From Acidobacteriota bacterium (GTDB taxonomy: Bacteria > Acidobacteriota > UBA6911 > RPQK01 > JAJDTT01), in the NCBI GenBank assembly GCA_965209055.1, contig OZ242374.1, positions 416,001-480,000 on the forward strand: a stretch of DNA of 64,000 bases, given 5' to 3'. Made by a program: the position numbers and the translations under genes. A model generated the notes under the pieces. The model was not told where the DNA came from. It ran no database searches and saw only the letters and a program-made list of their open reading frames with translations. Shown here one piece after another: positions 35,814 to 46,900 of this stretch. The first letter of the stretch is position 1. Every line of letters begins with the position of its first letter.

Positions 35814-36971
35814 TCACTCCTCCACTACCAGCACTCGATCCCCTTGCTCCCGATCCTCCCGCTCCTGTTTCTGACGAAGCTCCTCAAACCTCTTCAGCGA
35901 CCGCTTCGCCTTCTCGGTCAGGCCCTGCCTGGAATAGAGCCGGCCCAACTCGAGATGGGCCTCCTTCAACTCCGGTTCCAGCCGCACTGCGTTGTCCAAC
36001 GCGGATTCCGCGCCTTCGATCTCCCCGGAATCTGCCATCGCCTTCCCCAACTGGTAGTGGACTCGAGCGTCGTCGCCCCTCAACTCGAGGCATTTCCTGA
36101 GTTGGGACACGGCCTCGGTCTTGCGTCCCAGCCGGGCGAGCAGCACCGCGTAGAGATAGCGCGAGTCGACGTCTCCACCGTTGACCTTGAGCGCGCTCCG
36201 CAAAACCGGCTCGGCCTCCTCCAACTGCCCACTTTCCAGCAACGAACCGGCCAGCGCCGCGTAGACCCCAGGGAAGGCCGCGTCCTGCCGGATGACTCGC
36301 CGGAACTCCTGCTGCGCCAGCCGGCTCTTCAACTGCTTCTGGTAGCAGACCCCCAGTTCGAAGCGGATCGCCGCCGACCGCGGCAGTTGCTGAAGACCGT
36401 AATTGAGAATCTTCTCGGCCCCGGAATAAGCCTGACCCCGCGACAGAACCTGGGCGTATTCCAGATAGAACGACTCGTTTTCCGGCTCCCTGAGCATCGC
36501 CTGCTCGAAGTTGGAAACGGCCGCGTCGAATTGCTGCGCCTCGAACTGCACCCGCCCCAGCAGGAAGCGGGCCCGTGCGTTGTCCGGATCCAGGCTCGTG
36601 CTCTTCCGCAGCTCAGCGATCGCTTGCCGGAGCTGTCCCTGGCGCGCCAGGACGAACCCGAGCCCAGCCAGCAACTTCGGGTCGTCCGGCGTCTGACGCA
36701 GCGCTTGTTCGTAGGCGTCCCGGGCGGCGGGCCAATCCTCGAGTCCGGCGCACACCCCTGCGAGCATGGCCCATAGCTGCGGAGACTGCGGGTTCCCTTG
36801 TACGGCCCGGTCGAGCAGAAGCCGGGCCCCGGCCAGGTCGCCCGAGTTGAGAAGAGCCTGCACGTGCTGGAAATCCACCGTCTGAGCCCAGAGGACCGAG
36901 CTCAGAACGAAGGTCGCGATCACGACACTCGGGGAGGGGAACGATACTGGCAGAGGCTCTTCAACCATCAC
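35814..36971 (-). CDS. Tetratricopeptide repeat protein
   Basis: About 9 TPR-like units (A...LG......G....A....P). Signal-like N-terminus. Confidence 0.9.
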   Translation of the reverse strand: MMVEEPLPVSFPSPSVVIATFVLSSVLWAQTVDFQHVQALLNSGDLAGARLLLDRAVQGNPQSPQLWAMLAGVCAGLEDWPAARDAYEQALRQTPDDPKLLAGLGFVLARQGQLRQAIAELRKSTSLDPDNARARFLLGRVQFEAQQFDAAVSNFEQAMLREPENESFYLEYAQVLSRGQAYSGAEKILNYGLQQLPRSAAIRFELGVCYQKQLKSRLAQQEFRRVIRQDAAFPGVYAALAGSLLESGQLEEAEPVLRSALKVNGGDVDSRYLYAVLLARLGRKTEAVSQLRKCLELRGDDARVHYQLGKAMADSGEIEGAESALDNAVRLEPELKEAHLELGRLYSRQGLTEKAKRSLKRFEELRQKQEREDREQGDRVLVVEE

Positions 36972-36972
36972 A

Positions 36973-37160
36973 GTAGGGGACAGCGTTGCCCCGGTACACT
37001 CCGGAATCGGCGGTTAGGAAACCGCCGCCCCACCTTGGAAACGGCGGTTAGGAAACCGCCGCCCCACCTTGGAAACGGCGGTTGGGAAACCGCCGCTCCA
37101 CCTTGGAATCGGCGGTTGGGAAACCGCCGCTCCACATGGGCTGGGAAACCGCCGCTCCAC
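36973..37160. repeat. BIME-like cluster: GTAGGGGAC hairpin followed by a 34 bp tandem array of REP palindromes (4 full, 1 partial)
   Basis: Units GGAAWCGGCGGTTRGGAAACCGCCGCYCCACCTT start at 37003, 37037, 37071 and 37105. Spacers are invariant. Confidence 0.88.
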
Positions 37161-37172
37161 GCTGACCCGGAC

Positions 37173-39320
37173 TCAATTCAGTTTCCTGGGCACGCTCACC
37201 GACCAGCTCTTGTTGGTGTGACTCTTGCCGTTGACCCGGACCTCCACTTGGCCCATATGGTGGAAAGCCTTCGAGTCGCTCCTCGTCACCTCGTTCGCCT
37301 CCACCCGGACCTCCATGCCGGGACGGTCCATGGACCGGATGGTGCGGGCCTTGAGCACGGCGTTGGCAGGTTCTTTCGACGACACCGTGAAGCTCGACTC
37401 GATGATCCGGCCGTACTCCCGATCGTCAATGGACAATCGGACCGTCGCTGTCTCGTTCACCAGGTCCCGGGTGATGGAGTACTCCGTGGGCTTGGCGAGG
37501 ATGTCGGGATCCGCAGGCGGCAGGATCTTCAGATCCGGCGGCGGGAGGCGCGGGCTCTGGCGCCCGATGACGGGGAGGATGATCCGGGAAGGGAAGCGCC
37601 CCCCTCGATGGATCGTGTTGGTGGCGCTCTGCGCTGTGGGCCAGGCGTTCTGGATATCGGCGCTGGTGACGGCCACCCGGATCCGGTGCCCCGGTGCGAA
37701 GACGTACGAAATCGTCTTCAACTCGACTTTGATTTCGTAAGTCTTTCCCGGCTCCAGGGGTTCCGGCTCGAAATGCGAGTCGCGATGCGTCGCATTGAGT
37801 CCCCCGTAGCGGACCAGCTTGGAAGTCCCGTCCGGGGCCACGTCGATGAGCTTGACGCGAAAATAGGCGACCTCGGCAGTGGAGGAGACGTTGAGCATCG
37901 CCGTGGGCGTCCCCGTCACTTCCAGTTCCTCTTCCAGCGGGGGTGTCGTATAGGTCAGGGAGAGGGCTTCGTCCAGCCGCTGATCGATGGGCATTCCCCA
38001 GGGCAGGACGCCGCCGCCCCAGTGAATTCCGGACGTGAGTCCCACTACGGGATCGTATTCATACTCGTCGCGGCCTTCGGCGGCGTCTTCCTCACGACTT
38101 AGCCCGCCGCCGGAGTGGAAGTAAAGCGGTGTCGGCCGGGTGCGGGCGATGGGCCACTCCCGCTCCGACCGCCAGGACCCGGGCTCCTCCAGGTACATCC
38201 GGGCCGACGGCTTCTTGTACTTCTTGACGAAAATGGTCACCGGCGGTTCGTCCATGACGCCGTTGTCGATCTCCTTGAGCCAGTAGTCGAACCACTTCAC
38301 GTACTCGATGCCGCCCTCGATCCGGGGTCCGGGGACCGCCCGCTCCACCTCCGGCCACCAGTGTCCCCAGGGACCGATCAGCGCCCGTTTGGGGACTTTC
38401 AAATTCGAGTAGGCTCGCAGCAGCGCGGTGGGATAGACGTCCGACCAGCCCCCGATCACGTAGACGGCGCACTTGACCCGGTTGAAATCCTTCGCCAATG
38501 ACCGGTCCTGCCAGTAGGGGCCGTTCTGCTGGTGGGAGATGTAGCCGATGCCCCAGGGCTCGCTCTTTTCCAACCGCTCCTGCCAGATCTCGCTCCACTT
38601 GGGGCCGGCGATGTCCGGATTGGGCGGAAGCATATTGGAGGCCGTCATCAGGGGAGAGAAGGTGTCGAACATGTAGGGCCGGAGGACGCCGCCGGGATAG
38701 GTCCACTCGGTGTAGACGTCGTCGTTGGCGGAGCGGACGATGATGGCCTTGAGGCTGGGAGGCGCCTGCACCGCCACCTGCCACTGCACCACGCCTCCGT
38801 AGGAGATGCCGATCATGCCCACGTTGCCGTTGCACCACGGTTGGCCGGCGATCCATTCCACCATCTCGTAGCCGTCCCGCCGCTCGTCGGCGGAATAGAT
38901 GTCCTTGGTCCAGCCTCCCGAATTTCCGGTCCCGCGGACCTCGTACTGAACGACGGCATAGCCCCTTTCCGCCAGGTAGGGCGTGGGTCCGACCGGCCAG
39001 GGGAAGCCCAGGTCCTCCGAGTCGTTCAGAAAACGGTAGGGGTAGTACATCATCACCCCGGGGAACCGGCCTTCGGCGTCGGGACGCACGATCTTGGCGG
39101 CCAGCTCGACGCCGTCCCGCATGGGAACCCGTACAAATTCCACTTTTAGATTATTTTTATATTTTGGTTCAGACATCTGTGCTTTCGAATGAACGATTGA
39201 TGGAGACAGGGAAAGCAGAAATAGTGCAATAAAAACGAGCCGGCCCCATTCTTCCGGCTTCGATCGAGGCCTTATCATGCAATCGTCACGATGCAATTCC
39301 ATAAATCTATTCTCCATCAA
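37173..39320 (-). CDS. CocE/NonD family hydrolase (start uncertain)
   Basis: PMRDGV, YYPYR, GISYGG, GPWGH, PepX-like C-domain. Confidence 0.9.
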   Translation of the reverse strand: MMENRFMELHRDDCMIRPRSKPEEWGRLVFIALFLLSLSPSIVHSKAQMSEPKYKNNLKVEFVRVPMRDGVELAAKIVRPDAEGRFPGVMMYYPYRFLNDSEDLGFPWPVGPTPYLAERGYAVVQYEVRGTGNSGGWTKDIYSADERRDGYEMVEWIAGQPWCNGNVGMIGISYGGVVQWQVAVQAPPSLKAIIVRSANDDVYTEWTYPGGVLRPYMFDTFSPLMTASNMLPPNPDIAGPKWSEIWQERLEKSEPWGIGYISHQQNGPYWQDRSLAKDFNRVKCAVYVIGGWSDVYPTALLRAYSNLKVPKRALIGPWGHWWPEVERAVPGPRIEGGIEYVKWFDYWLKEIDNGVMDEPPVTIFVKKYKKPSARMYLEEPGSWRSEREWPIARTRPTPLYFHSGGGLSREEDAAEGRDEYEYDPVVGLTSGIHWGGGVLPWGMPIDQRLDEALSLTYTTPPLEEELEVTGTPTAMLNVSSTAEVAYFRVKLIDVAPDGTSKLVRYGGLNATHRDSHFEPEPLEPGKTYEIKVELKTISYVFAPGHRIRVAVTSADIQNAWPTAQSATNTIHRGGRFPSRIILPVIGRQSPRLPPPDLKILPPADPDILAKPTEYSITRDLVNETATVRLSIDDREYGRIIESSFTVSSKEPANAVLKARTIRSMDRPGMEVRVEANEVTRSDSKAFHHMGQVEVRVNGKSHTNKSWSVSVPRKLN

Positions 39321-39339
39321 TGAAGTTTATCTACTTGTG

Positions 39340-40563
39340 TCAGTATGCGCTATATGAAGGCGTCCGGGACGGCGAGACCGGACCCGTGATGAGATCCTTG
39401 GGAAAGGAGAAATATCCCCGGGCGCCCACCTCCCTCCCAAACGGGAAGTTCTTGGTGTTCGTCTTGCCCAGCGACACATAGGTTTCGGGGTCGCCGGTTG
39501 TCACGTGGATGTCCAGACCGGCATGACCCCGGAGCCACTCGGGGCTGACCAACCGTTTGCCGCGCCAAATCCCCCGGGTTGCGATCAACAGGCCGAAGCG
39601 GGCCAGATCTTCCGAACTGATCATGAACCAGCCGGGACCGCCTCGAACCACGTTCCCGTTGATCTCGTAGGGAGGATCGACGTACTCGCCATAGTGGGGA
39701 ATGGCGGGATAGAAGTCCTTCGTGTCCTGAAGCACCTTGCCGGGCTTCCATTCCCAGCGGTCGGGAGGGATTCCCATGGGACCGAACAATCGCTCGTCGA
39801 TGACATCCTTCAGGTCCCGGTCCCAGAGGGCGGTCAACGCCTGGCCCAGCCGGACATAGCCTCCGCTGCTGTACCGGGTGACGGTGCCCGGTTCCGTATG
39901 GGAGTAGTTGTCGTAGATCGGGTCCCCCGTCCATTCCACCCAATCCGGGATGGTGCCGTGAATCCAATGCGCCGCCACCTCCGGGTCCCGCTCTCCCGGC
40001 TTGTTCCGCCAGTGGTAACCGCTCTCCAGGATGAATCCGCCCCGGTGGTTGACCAGTTTCCGCCAGGTGAGGGTCTTGTGATGCCCTTCATCCAGGTACT
40101 TGTGGGGATGCGACAGCTCGTCCCGCCCGGTCCAGGTCTTCCAGATGGGTTCGTCCGGATCCACCAGGCCGTCGTCCACGGCCAATCCCAGCAGGGCGCG
40201 GACGAGGCATTTCCCCAGTGACGCCGACTGGGTCTTGTAGGTGGGGTCCCCGAATGCGTAGACGAGGTAGCCCCCGCGGGTCAGGACGGCGCCCCATTCG
40301 TCATCGCCGGGTGCCGTGCCGCCGAAGCCTCCGGGCCGGATACCGGCGGCGGCGAAGATGCGATCCATCCGGCCCGCATCCAGACCCGCGTCGGCCGGAT
40401 CGATCTTCACCCATTCCTCTTCCGGAAACGCGACCCACTCGGGGACTCCGAGTCCATCCCGCCGGCAGGCCGGGAGGACCCCCGCCGCGGTTCCGGCGAA
40501 CGCTCCCAAGGAGAGTGTCTTCAGGCAGTCCCTGCGATTGAGCGGCGGCAGCTTGGAGTCCAT
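39340..40563 (-). CDS. Serine hydrolase, beta-lactamase class C-like, Tat lipoprotein
   Basis: NRRDCLK signal and LPAC, SLGK (SxxK), PG....YSS, LFGPMGI, DLARFGLL. Confidence 0.8.
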   Translation of the reverse strand: MDSKLPPLNRRDCLKTLSLGAFAGTAAGVLPACRRDGLGVPEWVAFPEEEWVKIDPADAGLDAGRMDRIFAAAGIRPGGFGGTAPGDDEWGAVLTRGGYLVYAFGDPTYKTQSASLGKCLVRALLGLAVDDGLVDPDEPIWKTWTGRDELSHPHKYLDEGHHKTLTWRKLVNHRGGFILESGYHWRNKPGERDPEVAAHWIHGTIPDWVEWTGDPIYDNYSHTEPGTVTRYSSGGYVRLGQALTALWDRDLKDVIDERLFGPMGIPPDRWEWKPGKVLQDTKDFYPAIPHYGEYVDPPYEINGNVVRGGPGWFMISSEDLARFGLLIATRGIWRGKRLVSPEWLRGHAGLDIHVTTGDPETYVSLGKTNTKNFPFGREVGARGYFSFPKDLITGPVSPSRTPSYSAY

Positions 40564-40678
40564 TCGGCGTCCCTCCGGCATGAGGCGGGCATGGCAATGT
40601 CGTTGTCCGACTGAGTTATGTTGATATATTACATGGATCGATTGCGATTCGACTCGAGATTCCAACAGAGGATCGACT

Positions 40679-41971
40679 ATGCCAAGAAAAAGTCTGGCGG
40701 CTTCAGTATTGGCCTGCCTTGCGCTCACCCTGGCGGGAGCGGCGCAAGAGGCGCGCCCCGCACAGGAAGACGAATCGTGGGAGCGGCAGGCCCGAGCCTA
40801 CTTGAAGAATATTCTGTACCCGCCGGAGCTGGTGGAGGACTGGATCCTGGGCAGGGCCAGCCTGGGGGAAGCCTACGACGGCGAGCTGGGATGGGTGTTT
40901 CACGACAGGCGGGTCAAACACGGGGTCGATGGATCGATATCGACCTATCGGTATGCGGGCGCCCGCCGAACCATCATGTACGGCGACAACCCTTGCCGGA
41001 TCAACACCTACGGAGACAGTTTCACTCACTGCGACCAGGTCAGTGACGGCGAAACCTGGCAGGAAGTGCTCGCCGCCCACCTGTGCGAACCTCTGCGCAA
41101 CTACGGAGTCGGGGGGTACTCCGTCTACCAGGCCTACCTGAGAATGCTGCGTGAGGAAACCCGTACTCCCGCCCGGTACATCATCTTCAACATCTACGAC
41201 GACGATCACTATCGAAACCTGCATGGCTGGCGCAACGTTCGATTGGGCTATACGACCGGGATGTGGCCGGCCGTGCTCGGCTCCACCATGCCCTATGTCA
41301 CAGCGAATCCCGCAACCAGGCAATTCACGGAGTTCAAGAATCCCTGCCCGACCCCTGAATCGGTCCGCAACCTCAGCGACTTCGACTGGGTGTTCGAGCG
41401 ATTCAAGGACGACTTCGTGCTGAAGATCGTCCTGGCGCAAAGGGACCCGGGGGCGGGCTCCCTGCAGCCGAGCTACGCGGTGATGGAGGAACTGGCCCGG
41501 GAACACGGCCTCCAGGCCAGCATCGGGACTCCGGAAGAGCTGAAACGGACGGCAACGGAGATCTACACCAGAGCCGCGCTGTTCGCCACCATGAGAATCA
41601 TCGAGAAGATCGAGCGCTATGCATCGGCTCAGGGAAAACAAGTCCTCTTCGTTCTCTCCTACGGGCAACGGAACGCGGCAAAGGTGCTGACGACAGGGGA
41701 ACGTTTCGACCAGAGCCTGCTTGATTTTCTAGAGGAGAAGAGGCTGCCGTATGTCGATCTGATGGAGGCGCACGGGCGGGATTTTGCCCAGTTCAAAGTG
41801 ACGGTGGACGAGTACATCAAGCGTTATTGGATCGGCCACTACAATCCCCTGGGCAACTTCTTTCAGGCATTTGCCATCAAGGACAAGCTGGTCGAGCTCC
41901 TCGACCCGAAGCCCGTCAGCTATTCCACCGATCCATCGCAATACATCGAGATGAAGCCCAATCGGAGATGA
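40679..41971 (+). CDS. SGNH/GDSL-like secreted protein
   Basis: Signal peptide, YGDSFTH, NYGVGGY, GHYNP.GN. Confidence 0.75.
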   Translation: MPRKSLAASVLACLALTLAGAAQEARPAQEDESWERQARAYLKNILYPPELVEDWILGRASLGEAYDGELGWVFHDRRVKHGVDGSISTYRYAGARRTIMYGDNPCRINTYGDSFTHCDQVSDGETWQEVLAAHLCEPLRNYGVGGYSVYQAYLRMLREETRTPARYIIFNIYDDDHYRNLHGWRNVRLGYTTGMWPAVLGSTMPYVTANPATRQFTEFKNPCPTPESVRNLSDFDWVFERFKDDFVLKIVLAQRDPGAGSLQPSYAVMEELAREHGLQASIGTPEELKRTATEIYTRAALFATMRIIEKIERYASAQGKQVLFVLSYGQRNAAKVLTTGERFDQSLLDFLEEKRLPYVDLMEAHGRDFAQFKVTVDEYIKRYWIGHYNPLGNFFQAFAIKDKLVELLDPKPVSYSTDPSQYIEMKPNRR

Positions 41972-41980
41972 CGAACGCCA

Positions 41981-43612
41981 ATGGGCGTCCTCGCAGGTCT
42001 ATTCCTCCTGATCGGACTCGGTCCCGGTCCGGAGCCTCGTCTGACCGATGTGACCGACGCCAGCGGCATCCTCTGGAAGCACGGCGCCGGTTCACCCGGG
42101 AAAACCAACATCCGCGAGCAGGTCGGGAGCGGCGTCGCGCTCCTGGACTACGACCGTGACGGTTGGCTCGACGTCTACCTGCTGACGGGTCCGGCCGCCA
42201 ACCCGTCCGACTCCCCAGGTAACCGGCTCTATCGCAACAACGGCGACGGTTCGTTCTCCGACGTCACCGAATCGGCGGGAGTCGGTTTCCGAGGGTGGAG
42301 CATGGGCGCCTGCGCGGGAGACTACGACGGCGACGGGAACCTCGACCTCTACGTCACCAATCTGGGCCCCAATCTGCTCTATCGCAACAACGGGGACGGG
42401 ACCTTCACCGAGGCCGCAAAGCGGGCCGGAGTTTCGTGTCCCCGGTTCAGCACCGGGAGCGCCTTCGCCGACTACGACGGCGACGGGGATCTGGACCTCT
42501 TCGTGGCCAACTACGTCGCCGTTGAACATACCGATCCCAGCCGGAAGGACCGGGTGTGCAACTACTACGGGCTGCGCGTGGGTTGCGGGCCCCGGGGACT
42601 CAAGGGAGCGCCCGATTTCCTCTACCGGAACAACGGGGACGGGACCTTCACCGACGTTTCGCAAGGGGCCGGCGTCGCCGACGGGGCGATGTTCTACGGC
42701 CTGGGCGTCATCTGGACCGATATCGACAACGACGCGGACCTCGATCTCTTCGTCGCCAATGACCGGAACCCCAACTACCTCTACCGGAACGACGGCCGGG
42801 GCCGTTTCGAGGAGGCCGGGCTGCTGAGCGGAGTCGCCGTCGGATGGGACGGCCAGACCCAGGCCTGCATGGGAGTGGACATCGGCGACGTCGATGCCGA
42901 CGGGAACCCGGATATCGTGGTGACCAACTTCTCGCGGGAGTACAACGCCGTCTACAAGAGCACGGCCGGGAACCTCTTTTCCGACATGAGCCCCCAGATG
43001 GGCTTGGGGCGGCCCAGTTTTCCGTTCGTGGCCTGGGGCACGCAATTTTTCGACGTCGACTCCGACGGGGATCTGGACCTCTTCGTCGCCAACGGCCACA
43101 CCTACCCCCAGGTGGAAGAACGTGAATGGGACGAGCGCTACGCGCAGCGGAACCAGTTGTTCCTCAATACGGGGTCGGGACGATTTCAGGAACTGGTCTC
43201 CGCGGGTCCGGGCCTGGCATTGGCCAGGTCCAGCCGCGGAGCCGCGTTCGGCGATCTGGACAACGACGGCGACGTCGACGTGGTGGTCAACAACGTGGAC
43301 GATTCCCCGACCATTCTGCGAAACGACACGCCTCGAAAGGGCCACTGGCTGTCGGTCCGGCTGGTGGGGAAGGGCCCCAACGAACCGGCCATCGGCGCCC
43401 GGGTCACGGCGGTCGTCCCCGACCGCACGGTGACGCGGGAAGTTCGAAGCGGCGGGAGCTACCTTTCGCAAAACGACCTGCGCCTGCACTTCGGCTTGGG
43501 AACTGCCCAACGTCTCGACCGGCTGCTGGTCCTTTGGCCGGACGGTCGGGAGCAAGTCCTGGTGGACGTGCCCGTGGATCGCTTCCTCACCGTCACCCGC
43601 ACTGCGGAGTGA
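41981..43612 (+). CDS. CRTAC1 family protein (FG-GAP repeats plus ASPIC/UnbV)
   Basis: Multiple DYDxDG.LDL repeats, LYRNNGDGTF, SRGAAFGDLDNDGD, IGARV, SGGSYLSQ....HFGLG. Confidence 0.93.
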   Translation: MGVLAGLFLLIGLGPGPEPRLTDVTDASGILWKHGAGSPGKTNIREQVGSGVALLDYDRDGWLDVYLLTGPAANPSDSPGNRLYRNNGDGSFSDVTESAGVGFRGWSMGACAGDYDGDGNLDLYVTNLGPNLLYRNNGDGTFTEAAKRAGVSCPRFSTGSAFADYDGDGDLDLFVANYVAVEHTDPSRKDRVCNYYGLRVGCGPRGLKGAPDFLYRNNGDGTFTDVSQGAGVADGAMFYGLGVIWTDIDNDADLDLFVANDRNPNYLYRNDGRGRFEEAGLLSGVAVGWDGQTQACMGVDIGDVDADGNPDIVVTNFSREYNAVYKSTAGNLFSDMSPQMGLGRPSFPFVAWGTQFFDVDSDGDLDLFVANGHTYPQVEEREWDERYAQRNQLFLNTGSGRFQELVSAGPGLALARSSRGAAFGDLDNDGDVDVVVNNVDDSPTILRNDTPRKGHWLSVRLVGKGPNEPAIGARVTAVVPDRTVTREVRSGGSYLSQNDLRLHFGLGTAQRLDRLLVLWPDGREQVLVDVPVDRFLTVTRTAE

Positions 43613-43939
43613 TCTGCGCAACCGCCATACGCATCCTCCCGGGAGTGTGTAAGGGACCGCACGCGGACATCCGGGTAGAGCCGTCTCAATCCAACAAGCT
43701 GGACTACTTCGGTGGTCCGGTCCGAAATATTGGACAGTTTCCTGCCCGTACGCGGCAGGAAACTCGTGGGAGAGTTCCTAAATCCTTTTCTATCTACGGC
43801 TTACCGGAATTATCCGGAGCCTTGCTGGACAGTGGAACTTCCATTGCTTACAATTCGGGCATCAAGTTCCACCCTGCCCTAACGTGGAACGCCATCCGAT
43901 CAGAGGGGTGCAACGCCCCGCCGCCGCAGGAGCCGCACG

Positions 43940-46900
43940 ATGAAGATTCGAAACACCAGATCACTTGGGTTATTGGCCGTCGCGTTTGCCTTCGGGCTTG
44001 CGTTGACCACCGTCACGGTGGCCCAGGTCAGCAAGGGTGTCATTCTCGGCACCATCACCGACCAGACCGGCGCCGTCATGCCGGGCGCCGAGGTGGAGGT
44101 CGCCGCCACCGGGACCGGCGTCACCCGGCTCATGGTCACCGGCGAGGATGGCAACTACCGGATCGTGAATCTCGATCCCGGAGAGTACTCGGTTCGGGCC
44201 CTGCTGCCCGGCTTCAAGCCCAAGACCGTTCAGGGAATCATCCTCCAGGTGGACCAGCGGGCGCGGATCGACGTGGAGCTGGAGGTGGGCGAGGTCGCCG
44301 ACGAGGTGACGGTCCAGGGAGTCACTCCCATCATCGCCACCGACCAGGCGACGGTGGGCGAGGTCATCGAGCGGGAGAAGGTGCTGGAGCTGCCGTTGAA
44401 CGGGCGCCAGTTCCTTCAGTTGGCGGAACTGACGCCGGGCGTCCAGAGGACCACCGTCGGCTACATGGAATACAGCGGCGGCAGCATCTCGGCCAACGGG
44501 ATGTCCGACCACTCCAACAACACCATGGTCGACGGGGTCATGAATCAGGAGAGCGGCGCCGCCCGCATGAACTTCTCCCCCAGCATCGACCTGATCCAGG
44601 AGTTCAAGATCCAGACCAACGTCTATGACGCCGAGTTCGGCCGCAGCGGCGGGGCCCAGATCAACATCGTCACCAAGCGCGGGTCGCTCGACTACCACGG
44701 CGCCCTCTACATGTTTCACCGCAACGACAACCACGAGGCCCGGAACTTCTTCGCCAGGAGGATTCCCGAGTTCCGGCGGAGCCAATTCGGAGGCTCGTTC
44801 GGCGGACATATTCCGGGCTCGGAGGACGATTTCTTCTTCTTCAACTACGAAGGACAGCGGGCCGCTCGGGGCTTGACCGTTCCCATCAGCGTGCCTCCGG
44901 CGGATATCAGGAACGGTGACTTCTCGAGCCTGCTGGCGCCGGGCACAAACTGCATGGACCACAGCAACAACAAGGGTTGCATCTATGACCCGGCCACCCT
45001 GGATCCCGCGACCGGCACCCGGCAACCGTTCCCCAACAACATCATTCCCAATGACCGGATCACGCAGCAGGCGAAGTTCATCAACCAGTTCTTCCCCAAT
45101 CCGACGAGTGCGGGATTCTCCGGGAACTACGTTGCCAGCCCGGACCGGATTCGAGACAAGGACCAGTACTCGATTCGTTACGATCGCGACTTTTCCGACA
45201 GTGACTCCATCACCTTCCGCTTCACCTACCAGGACCGCAAATTCCTGGAGCCGCAGCCGCGGGGCAGCACGACACCTCTCGTCGGGTTCCGGCAGAATCA
45301 GGACCTGAACGGCGAAAATCACAAATTGGGATGGACGCACACGTTCAGCCCCACCACCATCAACTCCTTCAACTTCGGATTCAGCCAGTACCACCAGATT
45401 CGGGACAACGAGACGACGCTGCCGGACCTCTACGTGCAGGGAGGCAGCCGGGGCGCCGTCACCGGACCCGAATTCTTCGAGGGGGCGGGCATCACGGGAG
45501 TGGCCCCCGACCGGCAAAAGGCGGGAATACCGACCATCAACATCAGCGGCTGGAGGACCATTGCCGACGACACCTTCGCGCCGTTGGACAATCCCTACAA
45601 CAACTACGTCTACTCGAACACCTTGAACAAGGTTCAAGGCAACCACTCCTGGAAGGTGGGGATCGAAGTCATTCGCAACGCCATGGACATGGCGTTCGAG
45701 GCCAACAGCCGGGGCATCATCAGCTTCTCGCCCCGCTTCAGCGTCGCCAGCGTCGGAGCCCCCGGCGATCAGTTCAATGCCTGGGCCGACTACCTGCTGG
45801 GAGCGGTCACCAGTTCCGGCATCAACGGCGCACTGCTGCAGCTCAACACCAAGCAGACCTGGTGGATGTTCTTCCTCCAGGATGACTGGCACGTTCATCC
45901 GGACCTCACTCTGAATCTGGGAGTGCGCTACGAGATCTGGCAGCGCCCCTATGACGCGGAGAACCGGATCACCGGCATCGACATCGCGTCCGGCCAATGG
46001 GTGTTCGCGGAGTCGATTCCGACCCTGCCCGGCACACCCCCCAATGCGGTCACCAATGACGAATTTAACTACGATCGCAGCCTGCAGAAAGTCGGCGGGG
46101 CTGAAATGAACGATTGGGGCCCGCGGGTCGGTTTTGCCTGGCGCCTGTTCGGCGACAACAAGACGGTGCTCCGGGGTGGATACGGCGTCTTCTACAGTTG
46201 GCAGGTTCTGGACATTCCCATCACCATGGGACTGGGCCGGCCCTGGGTGCCGCCGACCAGCATCTCCAGCGACCGGGACGTTCCCGCCATCAGTTTCGGC
46301 AGTCCCTTCGGTACGACTGTCGTTCCCGCCACGGGAGGCCGGGGCCTGATCCGGGACAACCGAACCCCCTACCTGCAACAGTACTCCCTCAGCCTCGACC
46401 GCGAGCTGCTTCCCTCCATGGGAGTCGAAGTCGCCTACGTCGGGAATGCAGGCCGCAAGAACGTATTCAATTTCGGCCTCAACAATCCCTATCCGGGTCC
46501 CGAGCCCACGGCCGAGCGGAGGGCTCTCTGCCGCAACGCCGGCATCTGCGACCTGTCCGGGATCAGTGGGCCGGTCAACTGGGGCACCAGCAACTACAAC
46601 GCGCTTCAGGTCAAGTTGCGCAAAGAGATGGGACCGGATGGACTCATGCTCCTGGGCGCCTACAGTTGGGGCAAGGTCCTGGGGACCTCCATCGCGGGAC
46701 CCCAGCTCTGGGAAGGCCAGCCGATTCGCGACTGGAACCGGAACTGGAAGGCGGACACCGGTCCCACCAGGTACGACACGCGTCACCTCGCGTCTATCAG
46801 TTGGGTCTACCAGTTGCCCTTCGGACGGGGGAGGCCACTGGGCGGCGACATCGGACGAACAGCCGACCTGATCTTCGGCGGCTGGAAACTGGGTGGAATC

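Noticed and set aside
37003-37160. Possible CRISPR array
   Set aside because: The sequences between palindromes are short and identical rather than unique spacers, there are no cas genes, and the same palindrome is dispersed as a REP.
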